64,000 bases of DNA from Oculina patagonica (taxonomy: Eukaryota). Positions 12,326 through 25,388 of the stretch are shown one piece after another; position 1 is the stretch's first letter, and each line of letters starts with the position of its first letter. Where the stretch lies: assembly GCF_052425735.1 (NCBI RefSeq), contig NC_135762.1, positions 10,540,001-10,604,000 on the forward strand, read 5' to 3'. Made by a program: the position numbers and the translations under genes. The notes beneath the pieces were generated by a model, which did no database searches, was not told where the DNA came from, and saw only the letters and a program-made list of their open reading frames with translations.

Positions 12326-12932
12326 AAAAAGGGGGATAGCCTAAACAAGGGGGATAAATGCCATTTTTGATACATGTACTTTATTTATGTTGCTCTCGAA
12401 AGACCACTAGTTTTAGATCATCCAATGACCCATTTTTTATCCGGACTTTTACTTCAGGCTTTTCATATTGAAAGTAAACGCTGTGACGCTAAACCGTTGC
12501 TGCATTCAGCAAAATGTTTAACCCTTACCAGAAATCCAATACAAGCAAGACGAAATGCATTTTGCTGCTTTCAAAACGGGGTAACTCGCCATCTTTCGAA
12601 ATGGCTATGATTCCCTTTTAATAAGCGCAAAGGAATGGAAACGAGCATACGATCGTCCATGCATAGAATAAATGTATAGAATGGTGGGCCCAATCGTCGA
12701 CCATCTTTGGCCTTTTCCTGTGTGAAATCTTTATAGACACCTTTCCAAGGTCAGTTTTGATGCGTTTACACTGAAATTAAAACTGTTCGCTTAAAATCAG
12801 CCATTCTAGATCTCGAGCTTTAACGTTTGTAAACAATCTGCGTTTTGTATTGAAAATCCGCCAATATAATTGGTTCTCTTATTGTTGTCTATTCGTTGAT
12901 CGCGTGCACGTTGCCTATACAGAGAAAATTAA

Positions 12933-13324
12933 AGGGGCTGTGTCACGAATTTTAGCCAAATTAAGGCATGGGAAAATGACCTTCAAGTTTAGTAAAATAT
13001 AAAAATAACCTCCTAAAACAGTGAAGGGACATTTCGATAGCACAGTAAATACAAAAGAAGGTACGGATGGCCAGAAATGACGAAGATTGAAACGGATTGC
13101 GATATGGGTTTTTGAAAAATGATCCGGCGGAACAGTTTTCAAAGTTAATCTCGTTTGCTTGTAACTTTAAATTTTATCGCCCGGGAGACAAATTTGGATA
13201 CAATGAAGCTATGGTTTTGTCATTTAGATACATAGAAGTAATTCCTTTGCAAACATTAAGATTCATAGCGAGAATTTGGCAAAACTAAATAAAATAAACT
13301 TCAAACAACGGTGACACAGTCCCT
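12933..13324. mobile_element. Kolobok-like MITE
   Basis: TTAA|AGGGGCTGTGTCAC ... GTGACACAGTCCCT|TTAA: TTAA TSD, AG..CT ends, imperfect TIR. Confidence 0.8.
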
Positions 13325-16145
13325 TTAAGTTACTCTTGATTTTTGGCCTAAAAATAAAATTTACTTTGCTTTGCAAACCTTTAGAATGTCTACTCAAGCA
13401 ATAAGACTGCGAGCTTGAGTTTATTCAGCTCGTGGTCTAATTGTTAATTACAATCGTCCTCTGATAACAAAGGAAAATATGTTTTTTTTCTGCGGTTCCC
13501 ATTTTCCCTGTTGGACAATTAAGTAATGCTGCCTTGCGTGTCGTTGTCATAGAAACCTTTCGGAAATTATTGATATTGTGGGATTTTAACTGTTTAATGT
13601 TTTTTAATTCGATCTCGTACGCTTTATGGCAACAGGACTGAAACAATACTTTGCCAAATGTTTATATTTTAAATTGCTCGAGGGACTCAAATACGCTTTG
13701 TTATTGCATGGGAAATTTATTGTTTGCATGTACAGGTACCCCATTGCGAGCAGTGTTTTGGCTCATTGAACGCGTCAGTTGAAATAAAAAACAATATCGT
13801 GAATACTAAAAAAATAACAATGCGTCATAAAGGACGTCTTTGTATCCTAAACTTCCCTGATTCCAGCCTCACCTTTTTAGCGTCACAGTAATTATTTTAT
13901 TCCTGCCGCACGCATTGGGGGGTGACACACATGCAGCGTTTTGTTAAATTATTGAATTCACTCATTCAGTTTCAAAGTGGATAAACTCGAGTCTTGGATC
14001 GACAAACTCTTCGAAGTACGCTTGCAACATTTATATACGAGAGTTTCAGAAGGTAAGAATCCGCTAAAAAGCTTATTCACTTTACCACAATCGAAAACTT
14101 CGTTTTTTACGCAAAATAGTTTCAGTCGCAGAACTCGAGAACGACTTGTTTGAATCCGCTGAGCAGAGAAGCATTGTGTTGGTTGTTTGTCTATTTGGCG
14201 CTCGCAGAGAAAATTGTAAATGATGAAGTCGATATGATGAAACAAAGTTACTTAGTGCAAGATTTTGAAAACATTTATGTAATTCCTTAGTATCAGGGTA
14301 GTTAGCAAAGTTTGGGGTTGTTAAAGTTTTGCTTAAGCTGAAGTTAGAAATGGTATACTTAATAAAGGCACCAAATGCAACATTGCAATGTTTATACCAG
14401 TTTGTTGTTGAATTAAGGATTAGATAGATAGCCTTTAGATAGTTAGATTAGTTTTAAAAGTTACGGCTAAAGTTCCACCCCATTATATTTCGCTACAATT
14501 TCCGCCTAAAAACTTAAGCTACTATTAAATATCAAGCATTATGTGGGGATGGGGGCTCGAGATAGCTTTGCTTGTTAATAATTTATAATTTAAAATATAC
14601 ATTACCATGGAGCTCCCGTAGAGTTTTAAACGAAGGAAATTAGTTGGAATGCGAACACTACAATATAACAGCAATATAGCAAGTCGATATTTGATCATAT
14701 TGTTAACAATTCTTGGCTGGCTTCGCTTGTCATGCAACAATTCCAAGCGGTACTTAGCAGATTAGGGACGAAAAAGACAAATCTAACACAAGAAATGATC
14801 TTTTAGGGCATCAATCTTTTATTTTGTGTGCCTTTCGTAGATTACAAAATTGTTACAGCATTTTTCCTCGTTACTGAGGTCCTTGTGTTTTCGTGATGTC
14901 ACCTCAAGGATATAGGGAAACCGCTTCATCGTGATCACGCAACTGTTTATCTATTAAAAGGAAGTAGTTAAAAGCGTGCTTTTCGCGGCCGTGAGTACCC
15001 GGATAACGTACGAGGTGGTTTCCTTTTCAGAAAATCAAAAAAATGCGGGATCATTGTAACAGCGACACAAGGGTGCGTTCGATTAAAACCCATTTCGGAA
15101 TAAATTGGAATAACTCAAATGTCCGTTTGATTGAGTCGCTTTTCTTATTTCGGAGCTGACCCATAATTTATTCCAACCATTCTGCTCTAGGGCTCAGAAT
15201 ACACCGGAATAATTTTCACATTGTGAACTTGTGAATCTTGGTAAGCGCGTGATCTGCTTATTTTGTTGACCGTGATTTGTGATTCCGGATGACCGTTGGA
15301 ACGAAGATAAATAACGTACTATAAACCATTTACGGCAGTGAAACAAAATTAACGAACGACAGGAATCGCGAAACCAAAGACTGATTTTGTGTTCAGGAAT
15401 CAGGAAGTTTTCGGCTTATGCATTTTAGGACTTTACTCACACTGTAAACTCGCCTAAGAGATCAAGTCTAGCTACTAGGCTATTGAAAGGTAAATGCCAC
15501 GCAAATTAAGGTTAAAGTTCATTTTTTTCAGTAATGTACACTAAAAACCTGATTCGAGAAATGGTCTAAAACTACACGTGACTCGTGATTTAAAGAAACA
15601 TAGGCTCGTGATTCGCTAATAACATTAAACTACACGGTGGAAATTTTTGTTTTTAATATATATTTGTCTAAGGTTAGCCACCATAAGAAATGCTACAAAT
15701 TTTGGAAAAATATGTTAGCAGGGTTCAGAGATGTGCTAAGTTACACAAATTTAAGGTGGCTCTGAACTTTACCGATATATAGGTGTTGTTTTTTTTTTAA
15801 ATTGTAATAACGTTTCGTTTGCCGATTAGACAAAAACATATCAAAAAAACAAAAACTTTCGCCGAGTTGTTTTTATAATTAAGTTGTTAGCCTCCGTGCA
15901 GCCGTTTTTCTACTTCCTTACGTGTAAGGAAACAGGAGACAGCTGAACGCAGACTATATCAAGTTGTTGTAAATTGGGTATATTTTAAGGCTATTTTTAC
16001 GTTGCCACTGCAACTAACATTATCTTTTCCGGCTTCTATCCTGCAACAAAGGGCTTTTCAATTGTCAGGTTTGCAGCTGAACTTGGACCTTTGCTACTAT
16101 ACTAAAGAACAACGAAGTAACAATATAACTTCAAGAGCTGAAAAT

Positions 16146-17258
16146 ATGAACAATTCTACTGTGCAACCACCGAGAATCTACAATCATGAATCGTCTTGTT
16201 CTGACGTGGTTTCCACGCTGTTTACAGTGCTTCTATCTACAGTGAGCCTAGCAGCATTTATTGGCAACTTGCTTGTGATAGTATCCTTTGTAAAAACCCA
16301 AAGCCTAAGAACGAGCACCAACTACTACATTGTCAACATGGCGGTATCTGATCTCCTTTGCGCCTGTTTTAACTGGCCGCTTTATGCAACTGAAGGAATG
16401 CTGACAAGTAAAGTATTCATCACCGAGCCCGTGGCTTCAGTTGTATGCAAACTAGGAATGTACTTTAGAGGAATATCACAAGTTGTTTCCGTCTTGAGTC
16501 TGGTCCTGATTGCCGTGGACAGATACGTCGCCATTGTGTACCCTTTGAAGACAATGCTACTGGGCCGAGGAAGAATTCGCCTCACTCTGTTGGTGCTTAC
16601 ATGGGTTATACCAGTTGCTGGTGGTTTTCCGTATTTTCTTTTCACAAAAGTTGTCAAAGTGGATGATCTGACTTTCTGCAGAATTGTATGGGATAAATTG
16701 ACACACGGTATCTTCAACGTCATAGGGTTTGTATTAGTCTACTGCGCTCCACTTATTGCAATGAGCATCCTTTACACTCGCATTGTGAAAACTGTCAGAA
16801 ATCGGCCAAATACTGCAGACAAAACGCAGGAAGAACTTGCCAACAAGAGACAAAAACAGAACCAGAAGATCACGAAAATCTTGATATCTATCGTTGCCGC
16901 CTTTTTTATCTGCTGGACTCCACTATGCATTTATCTTTCTCTGAAAATGTTCCATCCAGAGTTCTTTGTTAAAGATAAATGCCTGGTAATGGTAGCTCTA
17001 TTTTTCTACCTTTTTCCATCTTTCAGCACCGCGATTAATCCTTTCATTCTCTTCCTGTTCAGTACAAATTATCGTCAAGCGTTGAAGAACTTGATTCTGC
17101 AGCTTTGCCACTACTTCAAATGCCGTTTATCGTACACAACTAGGCGGGTTGCATCGTCTCACGTTGAAGAAGATAACGTTGCTATGTCGACAAATCTCGG
17201 AAAGAAAACTATTTCCATTCGGCAAATCTCCGTAAAAGGACTTGGAGAGGCCGATTAG
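16146..17258 (+). CDS. Class A orphan GPCR, paralog 2, single coding exon (start is the ATG at 16146, MNNSTVQ)
   Basis: GN, NMAVSD, DRY, CWTP and NPFIL motifs; clear similarity to 6432-7514 (AAFIGN.LVIV....T..LRTSTNYY.VNMAVSD); acceptor at 16068. Confidence 0.94.
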   Translation: MNNSTVQPPRIYNHESSCSDVVSTLFTVLLSTVSLAAFIGNLLVIVSFVKTQSLRTSTNYYIVNMAVSDLLCACFNWPLYATEGMLTSKVFITEPVASVVCKLGMYFRGISQVVSVLSLVLIAVDRYVAIVYPLKTMLLGRGRIRLTLLVLTWVIPVAGGFPYFLFTKVVKVDDLTFCRIVWDKLTHGIFNVIGFVLVYCAPLIAMSILYTRIVKTVRNRPNTADKTQEELANKRQKQNQKITKILISIVAAFFICWTPLCIYLSLKMFHPEFFVKDKCLVMVALFFYLFPSFSTAINPFILFLFSTNYRQALKNLILQLCHYFKCRLSYTTRRVASSHVEEDNVAMSTNLGKKTISIRQISVKGLGEAD

Positions 17259-17444
17259 TATTTTCCAATCGAAACATGGCCCGAGCACTTACGGCAAGTA
17301 CTGCGAACGTTTCACGACAGTCAGAAGTCGTTAGGTTATGTCAGGAGCTTTAGCACTCAGTTGATGTCGTGAGACAATAGCGAGACACCTCATGACATAA
17401 TTATACCACACAACACTCAGTTCATGCAGGAAATACTAAACAGT

Positions 17445-17685
17445 ACTGCGGTTAGCCTAATTAGCGCTCCGGGTAGCCTGAATAGCACTTTGGTTAGCCA
17501 TATAGCGTTAGGTTAGCCTAACAAGCGTTCCAGTTAGCCTAAATAGCACTCCGGTTAGCCTAGGGTTAGGATTTCTATCTAAAAACATCTGGATTCTGGC
17601 AGCTGGCCGTCGGTGGCTTAGTGGATATCATTACCGCTGGGCATGCCGTCGACCCGGGTCAGGGAAATCTTCTTGGTCGCAACTT
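17445..17685 (+). repeat. Degenerate ~22-nt tandem repeat (GGTTAGCCTAAATAGCACTCC-like) followed by TAGGGTTAGG and a tRNA-like segment
   Basis: About 6 imperfect GTTAGCC-containing units at 17449-17565; GGTGGCTTAGTGG A-box-like sequence near 17612. Confidence 0.6.
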
Positions 17686-17811
17686 TTTTAAACTTAAAAA
17701 AAAATAACAAGTTAAGTATGATTTATGTCTCGTGTATGAAAAAAGGAAGTCTCACGGCATGGACTGAGTGCGGAATAGTCACTCCCTATGTGTGTTTCTT
17801 AGCACCTATTA

Positions 17812-18110
17812 AAGCATGTTACACGAGGGGATTTTCCTTGCAACTTGCAACGCAACGACGATTAGTGAAAACTATTGCAAGTTTCAGAGGGGGTGTGACA
17901 CGTTCGCAGTTTTTGTTCGCAAAAATTCCCGCAAGCAAAAAACACGCGCTGATTGGCTCATTTTAACAAAATTGCGTTGCAAGTTTTGTCACACGCGGCA
18001 ACATGTCTCGCACCGTTGCGAAAAATGGAGGACCGCTCTACATTTCTTGAAAATTGCAACACAACATTTTCTTGCATTACAGGTTGCAAAAATGGGGTGT
18101 CACACGTGAA
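17812..18110. mobile_element. MITE with TTGCAA/GTCACACG subterminal repeats
   Basis: Recurrent tgttacacg/tgtcacacg and ttgcaac motifs; boundaries approximate. Confidence 0.5.
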
Positions 18111-19790
18111 ATGTTTAGGCAACAGGATGTATCCTTTTGTTGCCTTGTAAATGGCAAAGAAAATTGCCTCGCGTAAACAATTTTATGGCAGTTATCGCCC
18201 CCCCCCCCCCCCCCCCCCCCACAACTGGTATTGTCTCTTGGTAAGAGAATTACTTTTTCTTGAGTCTATATTATGCATTCATGTTACTTTCTGTGTATAT
18301 TAGCTTTCAATACATACAGTTTTTTAGAATAAATTATGCTTTCTACGTTCGCTTTTTATTAATTTAAAAATATAGGCCTTTTAATATTGTGCCGCTCCTC
18401 AAAAGCTTTGTTAAAAAATATTTTTACTGTTCTATCGATAGCGAGTATAGTTTTTGGTATCTTACTCTTGTACTCTCAAGATTTTGTAAAATATTGGAAA
18501 AACAGCACAACAAAGTAATCTCCGACAGCTTTCTACTCCGCAGGCGTTTATTCAGAAACCATTACTTAGAGCCTTATTGATGCATGGAAACGAGGTCTGT
18601 CTTTGGGAGCGAGTCTCGTTCTCAGTTTCTCGCGTTCTCTTTACAAAAAAACAATATACAAAATCGTTGTATAGATTGATAATTATACCATTTACCCAGT
18701 TTGGCATGAAGCCGTACGTTTTCGCATGCTTTGATACATTACAGCTGCATTGACAGAAGCCTCAATAGTCAGTACTCTGTTAAACGAAACATACCTTCTT
18801 AAAACGAGTGACTAAGATGAGAAAAGAGAAATATAAACGTGTTAAAGAAGCCATATATTGCAGTATTATTGAAGACTCAGAAAAAGCGAATTTCGTTCAT
18901 CTAATTGTGAAGTAGACGCAATTCGTATGTAAATAAACCTTTACATTGTTAGAGACATATTAAATAAATCTAAAAACACTTTGAGAAGGAATATTTAAAG
19001 GAGTACGTAATATAAACGTAAAAAAGAGGAGACTCGATGCCTAGCCTGCGTCATTTCCTTTCTTCAACTGAACAATTTTCCGGGGGGAAGGGTAACAAAA
19101 AAAGGCCTTAAAACGACGTCGTTGTTAGGGGAGTGCGTAGTTCTACTCTACAAATGAGTAGTTAACGTCAAGAAAAATTTAATGAGATGCAAACTAACAA
19201 CATAATTCGACTTGTTTTGTTCCATATGCACGTTACACGCTCTAAACCCAAGACCACCCTGCCACTCCCCACCTCCCCACGCACGTCACGTGCGTTTTGC
19301 GTGCTTATCAAGCAATCCATTCTGCGATGTTCACTCATGCCCAGAGATAATATTTTTTCAGTTCAACATCAGAGCAATTTCGAGCAGTATGGAAAATCAC
19401 TCAGAATTCTTATGAAAGATTCTCCGCTGGCTTACCAACTGTAATGAGCAAACTATAAGTACTACTATTTCCTATCCGTCGTGATGTTCAATAATAATAA
19501 TAATGAAGAGAGGAAAACAGCGAGACAGAAGGCGCCAGCTAGAGAGAAAATATAGTCAGAATATAGTGAATTTAAATTTCTATGTCAAAAATGCAAATTT
19601 ATGACGTCACGACTCCATAGAGGGTCACCTGTCAATCAAATATAGTGGTTGCCAGTTACGCTCGGCTACTTTTTCAGCTGCATACATTTCATTTTCTCAA
19701 GCAAAAGGGACAAGAGTCTTAAGGAATGATCTTGGTTTTAAACCGCACAGGGATCCACCCATTTTAATACTCCCTGGGGGGCATCCCATG

Positions 19791-20399
19791 TAGGGCTTTC
19801 CACAAGTTGCTCGAGATTTCCTAAAAAGTTGCCCGTAATTTCTCAAAAAGTTGCTCAAAAGTTGCTCCAAAAATCCAAAAAAGTTGCTTCTGACAATAAA
19901 AGTTGCTCGAAAGTTGCTCCAAAAAATCCAAAACGCTGTTTCTAATCAAGAGCATTTTTTAAATATATGCTAATTTCCCTTTGAGAGTAAGATTTCTAAC
20001 TGTTTTATGCAATTTTACAGCAAAAGAAGTATCTAAATAACATATTAAGGGGAGCATTTGTTAAAAAGCAATGATTTCTTTAACTGAGAAAAATCGTGAA
20101 TATATCTATGACGTCATGTTTGCTGACGAGTTTTGTAATGTTTCAATGCAGAATGAGCCGAAAGTTGAAACGTCTTCAGATGTTCCTCGAAAATTTTCGG
20201 CAAACTTCGTGGATCTTCGAAAACGTTCGTTTTGCCTTTGAACAACACTCGGATAATCTTCGGTAAACTTCGGTCTGGAAATTTTCTCAAAATGCAGCAA
20301 GTTGCTCGAGAGGAAAAAAGTTGCTCGAAGGGGAAAAAGTTGCTCGAAATACGAAAAGTTGCCAAAAAGTTGCCGAGCAACTTATGGAGGAAAGCCCTA
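19791..20399 (+). mobile_element. hAT-like MITE with 8-bp TSD
   Basis: ATCCCATG|TAGGGCTTTCC ... GGAAAGCCCTA|ATCCCATG; AAAGTTGCTC subterminal repeats. Confidence 0.9.
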
Positions 20400-20650
20400 A
20401 TCCCATGTGAAAGGGACTGGGATGCTAGCCACTCCTCTTCTCGCTTAGGGGATGTTTATTATGGATTTGGTTTCACGAATGGTGTTCAGGACAGAACGCC
20501 AATATTTTTAGCCGTCAAGGTCTCGTGTTGGGTTACACGTGTAGAAAAAACGTCGTCATACTGTGTTGGTGGTCTAGACCGATCAGGTATAAAAAATGGT
20601 ATTTTTTAGGGGGCAAAAAAAGCTTGAGTCATGCCCAGATTGGTCTTTTA

Positions 20651-21109
20651 GAGCAGTTTTCAATTGAGTGTCGTAAAACCAAAACCAAAGTAATTACAGT
20701 TGAATCCCGATAACTTGAACCTTCAAGGGAAATAAAAAAAGGTTCGAATTATCGGGAGTTCGAGTTATCGAGGGTAAACTTAGTAAGAAAATGACCTGAA
20801 GGGGAATCGAAAAAGGTTCGAGTTAGCGGGATGTTCGAGTTATTGAGGGTTCGAGTTATCGGGATTCAACTGTACTCTGGCCAATCACAAAGGACACAGA
20901 CAATCCAGTGAACCAATCAAAACTCGAAGCAAATACATGTGGCCGGCACGAAGCGCGGGAAAACGTGCGCGAGCTAGTCACGATTGGTTTTGGTTTTACT
21001 CCTGATTGGCTGAGAAAGTGGCGCGAGATTTTTAAGCCAATCACTGAGCGTAGTAATTCAAAACCAAAGCAAACGCAATTTACTTTCGACACTCAAGTGA
21101 AAACCGCTC
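20651..21109. mobile_element. MITE GAGCAGTTTTCA..TGAAAACCGCTC, TA-flanked
   Basis: TIR gagcagttttcaattgagtgtcgtaa / ttcgacactcaagtgaaaaccgctc; interrupted by 20697-20872. Confidence 0.75.
20697..20872. mobile_element. Tc1/mariner-pogo (Tigger-like) MITE
   Basis: TA|CAGTTGAATCCCGATAAC ... GTTATCGGGATTCAACTG|TA. Confidence 0.88.
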
Positions 21110-22412
21110 TAAGTCGTTAAATTCAAATTTTCAAACAAGAATCCCCGCCCTTTTCATACGGAAGTCCCATCCGGGCATTTTCTTCCCATTAGTGGTCATC
21201 AACTTCCACATGAAATGAAAGTTATGACTTCAGGCTCGATGTATATGGTCCTTGTTCTTTTTCAAAGTTTTTTTCTAAACTATACAAGAACTGTGAGGGT
21301 ACACTCACTGATCAACAAAATAACTTTTACAAATAAAAGAAAGGCATAAATTCATTCTCTAAGATGTGAATAAATGATTTCATGTGATTTTCTTCCAAGT
21401 AACACTGTTTTCAAGTTTTAGGTCATCTTCTTCCTATACCCAAACATAGCCACATCACTTTTTAACAATTTTCATGACTAGTACAGTACTTTTAAGCTTG
21501 GCCAGGCCACTATTAGTGAATTTCCAACTGAATACCAACACCTTTATTGGATTTTCAGTCGAATTCACGTACCACTGCACCTTTTATTTGACAAGAAATT
21601 TCTTTAGTTTAGATGCAGATGCCTGGTGCAGGAAAATCCAGATTTATTTGCCGTAAAAGCTTATGAACATTTTTGTAGAGAAAATATTTCGTGAATGGCG
21701 GAACTTTCAGTAAAATTATAAAAAGGCTAAATATTTTTTGCACCAATGCTTCCTGCAAAAGGCAGGAAGTTTTAAGATAAACGTAGAATTATTTAATCGG
21801 TAAGAAACGCGGAATTATTCTATCGATGCTACATCACGTACTTTAGTTATACTCCTTGAAATTCAAGGAACTGACGTATAATAATTATAAGAAGAAGAAG
21901 TCAAACTTTGCACAGATAAGGATAAATACTGTGGAATACAGATTGAGAGGGATTACAACTAGTTTTGTATAGAATCTATTACACAACTACTTTACCATGG
22001 TTTCAATGGTTCCGATGATTTTACAACTTGTTTTCGCATACAGCTTAATTTAAATTTCACAGTAAATACTTACTGCTATATTGAACCTCCTTTAACGATC
22101 AGGGTGAATTTTGCAGTGTCATACCGCACGTACGCACACAGAAAGCGGAGAAAAGAAAAACGGCCGATTAATTAATTTTTGATAATTTTTGCCTCTATTA
22201 TCGTTCGTCGACGATCGATGATTTTACATACGTGCTATATGAAAAAAAAAAAAAAAAAACGCTTTACAAGTTGATCAGGTGGCCTTTAGGATTGCAAAAA
22301 AAATGGCCGTTTCCTGAATAGTTTTAAAATGCAAGATACCATATATCTAAACTGAGGTTACTGGCTTTGAAGCAACTTTATAATCTTGCATATGTTGAAA
22401 TTGAATAATTAA

Positions 22413-23136
22413 AGAAGAAGTTCATTTCAAAATGGCACTTTGTTTCTTCATACCAACGAAAAGGAAATCCAAGATATGTTAGGCACCAAATTTTAGCTTT
22501 CAAAGAGTATTTACAGCAAGGCGCCCAAAAGTGTGACCACTTTTAATTTATTCACATTCTTTCGTGCAGATTTAATCCAATCAGAAGTCAACTGCAAGCT
22601 ATCCACGGCTTTTGATTGGATTAAATCTGCACGAAAGAATGTGAATAAATTAAAAGTGGTCACACTTTTGGGCGCCTTGCTGTAAACCCTAGGAAATCCT
22701 TGTCTGATAGTCCGAAACTCGTGAACCAGCCGCCGCCATCTTGGAGTAACTTGTCACCCTAGCAATGTACGTGTGACGTCAAAGAGCTCAATCTGAAGTT
22801 TGGCAGGAACTTTAAACATTGTTTAAATACTTAACACCCTTTGCTAATTTTGTATTGGCTTGTTTTTCGAAATGCCTGTTTTGCAGCATCATTTTGCACA
22901 AACTAAGTGCCACGAGATAGTAAAAGTTGTGCTCTTTGACGTCACGCATACAACGCCAGGTGTCCAAGATGGCGGCGGCCGGTTCTCAATTTTTGGACTA
23001 CTTCGGACAAGGATTTCATAGGGCTTGAATACTCATCGGAAGCTGACATTTTGGGTGAGTAACATATCTTTGTATTATCTTTTTGATTTCGTTGGCGTGA
23101 AGAAAAAATAGTGCCGTTTTGGAATGAGCTTCCCCT
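22413..23136. mobile_element. Kolobok-like palindromic MITE with long degenerate arms
   Basis: TTAA|AG...CT|TTAA; mirrored blocks gccgccgccatcttgg / ccaagatggcggcggc and tgacgtcaaagagc / gctctttgacgtca. Confidence 0.75.
22514..22682. mobile_element. Young Tc1/mariner-type hairpin MITE nested in 22413-23136
   Basis: TA|CAGCAAGGCGCCC...GGGCGCCTTGCTG|TA with ~70-bp perfect arms and a ~29-nt spacer. Confidence 0.88.
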
Positions 23137-25255
23137 TTAAGGGTATAAAAACTGACAAATTCAAATTTATTTTAATGTATTTAACTCAACCTTTTTCGAT
23201 CAGGTTGTTACAGTTTGGTGTTACTCCTAGCTCGTACTTTTGACTATTACACTACAAATAAACAATTCTTATTTTATAGGTTCATTGTTACCAAACATGC
23301 AAATTTATGACGTCACAACTTCATAGGGCGTCACCTGTGAATCAAAAGCTCATCATATATGAAAGCAAAATTATTTTCTCTTCAACACCATGCCTAGTTT
23401 ACCATACTTTCAATTCTTTGTTTAACATGCTCTAAATGCCTAATGGTTAGCACGTTGGGCTTAGAATAGAGTGGTTCGTGGAAAGGGGTGCGCCCCAAGG
23501 CCCAAGCCCTTCGGCTCTTTACATACCCTTTTTTGACCCGAAAGGTAGCCTTTTCATATACCTTCAATAGGGATATCGCATATATATTCTAAGCTCTTCA
23601 CTTCAATAGCTCCCATTTTCCCTATAAGTAGTTTTTGTGGGGTTGCGTGCCCGTCTGCGGTAATTCATTTTGCTGTAATCCTATTGTTGTGGCAATTAAA
23701 TGTAACTTTGGGCCTGGCTGACCAACGCGCCGACGCGGTGATAGCCTTTGTGTGTTTGGTTCTGTAGTGAAGGCACTGGGGGAGTAATTTGAGTTCCTGA
23801 GTTAAAATCACATGATTCAGATCCAAATTCAGAAGAAATAGAAATGATTTGGTCGCAGTTTGTACTGGCAAATGTAATCTCAGAAATCAAAATCTGCAAA
23901 TGTTTGTTTTGTCCTGGATAAGTTTGGCAACGAAATTTACACATCACAGTTTTGTTCGGAACAAAGGAAGCAAAAATCATCTTTGTCTGGATCATGGTAG
24001 CAATATCAGCAATGTTTAGGTCGGAAACAAGGTAGGCGTTTTTGTAGCCTGCGTAGCTTGGCACTTTAGTTGGGTTGCCCAATCCGAGAAGAGGCTCCTG
24101 GGAGCTTTGCCGCTCTATCGCTCGTTGGTTTTGAGGCCACTGCAGAATTCTCGTAGTCTCCTCTTCTCTCCCGTTACCACAATTTACCTAGAAAAAGTAG
24201 GAATAGGGACGGGGGTTCGAGTAAATACATTCTTTATTGAACGGTATTCGAAATGTTACAATAACAATAAACATGGCTTCACGTAGTAAACCTTTAATAA
24301 TCTTGAGTACAATGTTCAGTTATTTATTCACCTAAACTAAAGTTAAAATATGCTACAAAATTACGATAAAACAAAACATTTCCCCTTAAATGATAATTCA
24401 CTCACAATAAACAGTCATAAAGTGCTAATTACGAATACAATTATGATAAGATGTGTATATTTAGTGCAAACAAATTCCAGTCGAAAAAGCAAAAGAGCAC
24501 TTACTGCCTTACAATGCTTAGCTCAATATGAGGATTATTTATAATAATATGTAACTGACGACTGAATTATTTCCTGGTTACATGGGCTAGCGGGTACTGT
24601 AGTAGATCAGTTCCCACAAGAGACACCAATTTAGGGTATGTTTAAGTCAAACTTGAACACAATGCAGAATAAGTGAATTTAATCAACCACAACGGCTCTA
24701 AAGATCGATGTCAAACTTCAGCTGAATATGTAATTACGGCAACTTTTTACTTGTCCATAAAAAAAAATTAAAAATTCACTCTGCGTTCTCCAAGAAACGT
24801 ATGTATAGAGCCAATTCTACGGCTCATAAGATCTTAGGCTGCGTTCACACTTGGTGCCCAGGAAAGGTATACCTGAACTCATGTGAATTAACTGTTTCTT
24901 TCAAGAACTTACGCCAGAATTCGGGCACGGTGTCCGTACCCGGGTACAAGGGTACTTATGTTCCCTGTATTTTTTGCCGGTGCCCAGGTGTCGGAGCACT
25001 AAGTGTGAACATGACCATAGTTTTAGCGAATGTTCTCCTTGGTGGCAGCGGTTTGTTTTTTAAAAACAAAAAAGAGTTTAAAAATCTCTACAAACTAAAT
25101 GCATTAAAATTACCATAAGGTCACAGTCCCATAATAAAACTATAATCTGAATGGCCTTCTTTTACTGCATCCTGTTCTAGTTATAATACATGTCACTGTA
25201 TTGTGTGAATTTAAACATAAGAACAATGGCTTCAACAACTGACATGGCCTAGTAA

Positions 25256-25388
25256 CCAGGCCACAGTTGCTCAACTGGATAAATCACTATCCAGTGGATA
25301 GCGTAGTTTGTTTTGTCATCACTTATCCGCTGGATAGTGATTTATCCGGTGGATAACGTTATCCACTTTTTGAAAAACTGAGCCCTGG
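25256..25388. repeat. GGATA/TATCC-rich MITE (second copy at 27452-27605)
   Basis: caggcc.cagttg ... tggataaatcactatcc ... aactg.gccctgg shared by both copies. Confidence 0.7.

Larger units (their letters stand above)
19772..21175. mobile_element. CCCGGG-ended non-autonomous element hosting three nested insertions
   Basis: Ends ccctggggggcatcccat-gtgaaaggg and cccttttcatacggaagtcccatccggg are inverted-complementary once the inserts are removed. Confidence 0.6.

Noticed and set aside
16002-16145. N-terminal extension of GPCR 2 given by the ORF track
   Set aside because: Begins at TTG and crosses a splice acceptor; the paralog starts at the equivalent MNNST.
17449-17565. CRISPR-like array (also the 37-bp duplication at ~52631-52704)
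   Set aside because: Eukaryotic context, no unique spacers and no cas genes; simple tandem repeats.
23696-24190. Possible extra exon or ORF downstream of the Ig gene
   Set aside because: No Ig, TM or kinase character; overlaps repeat-like sequence (tagcctgcgtagc) and lies past the poly(A) signal.
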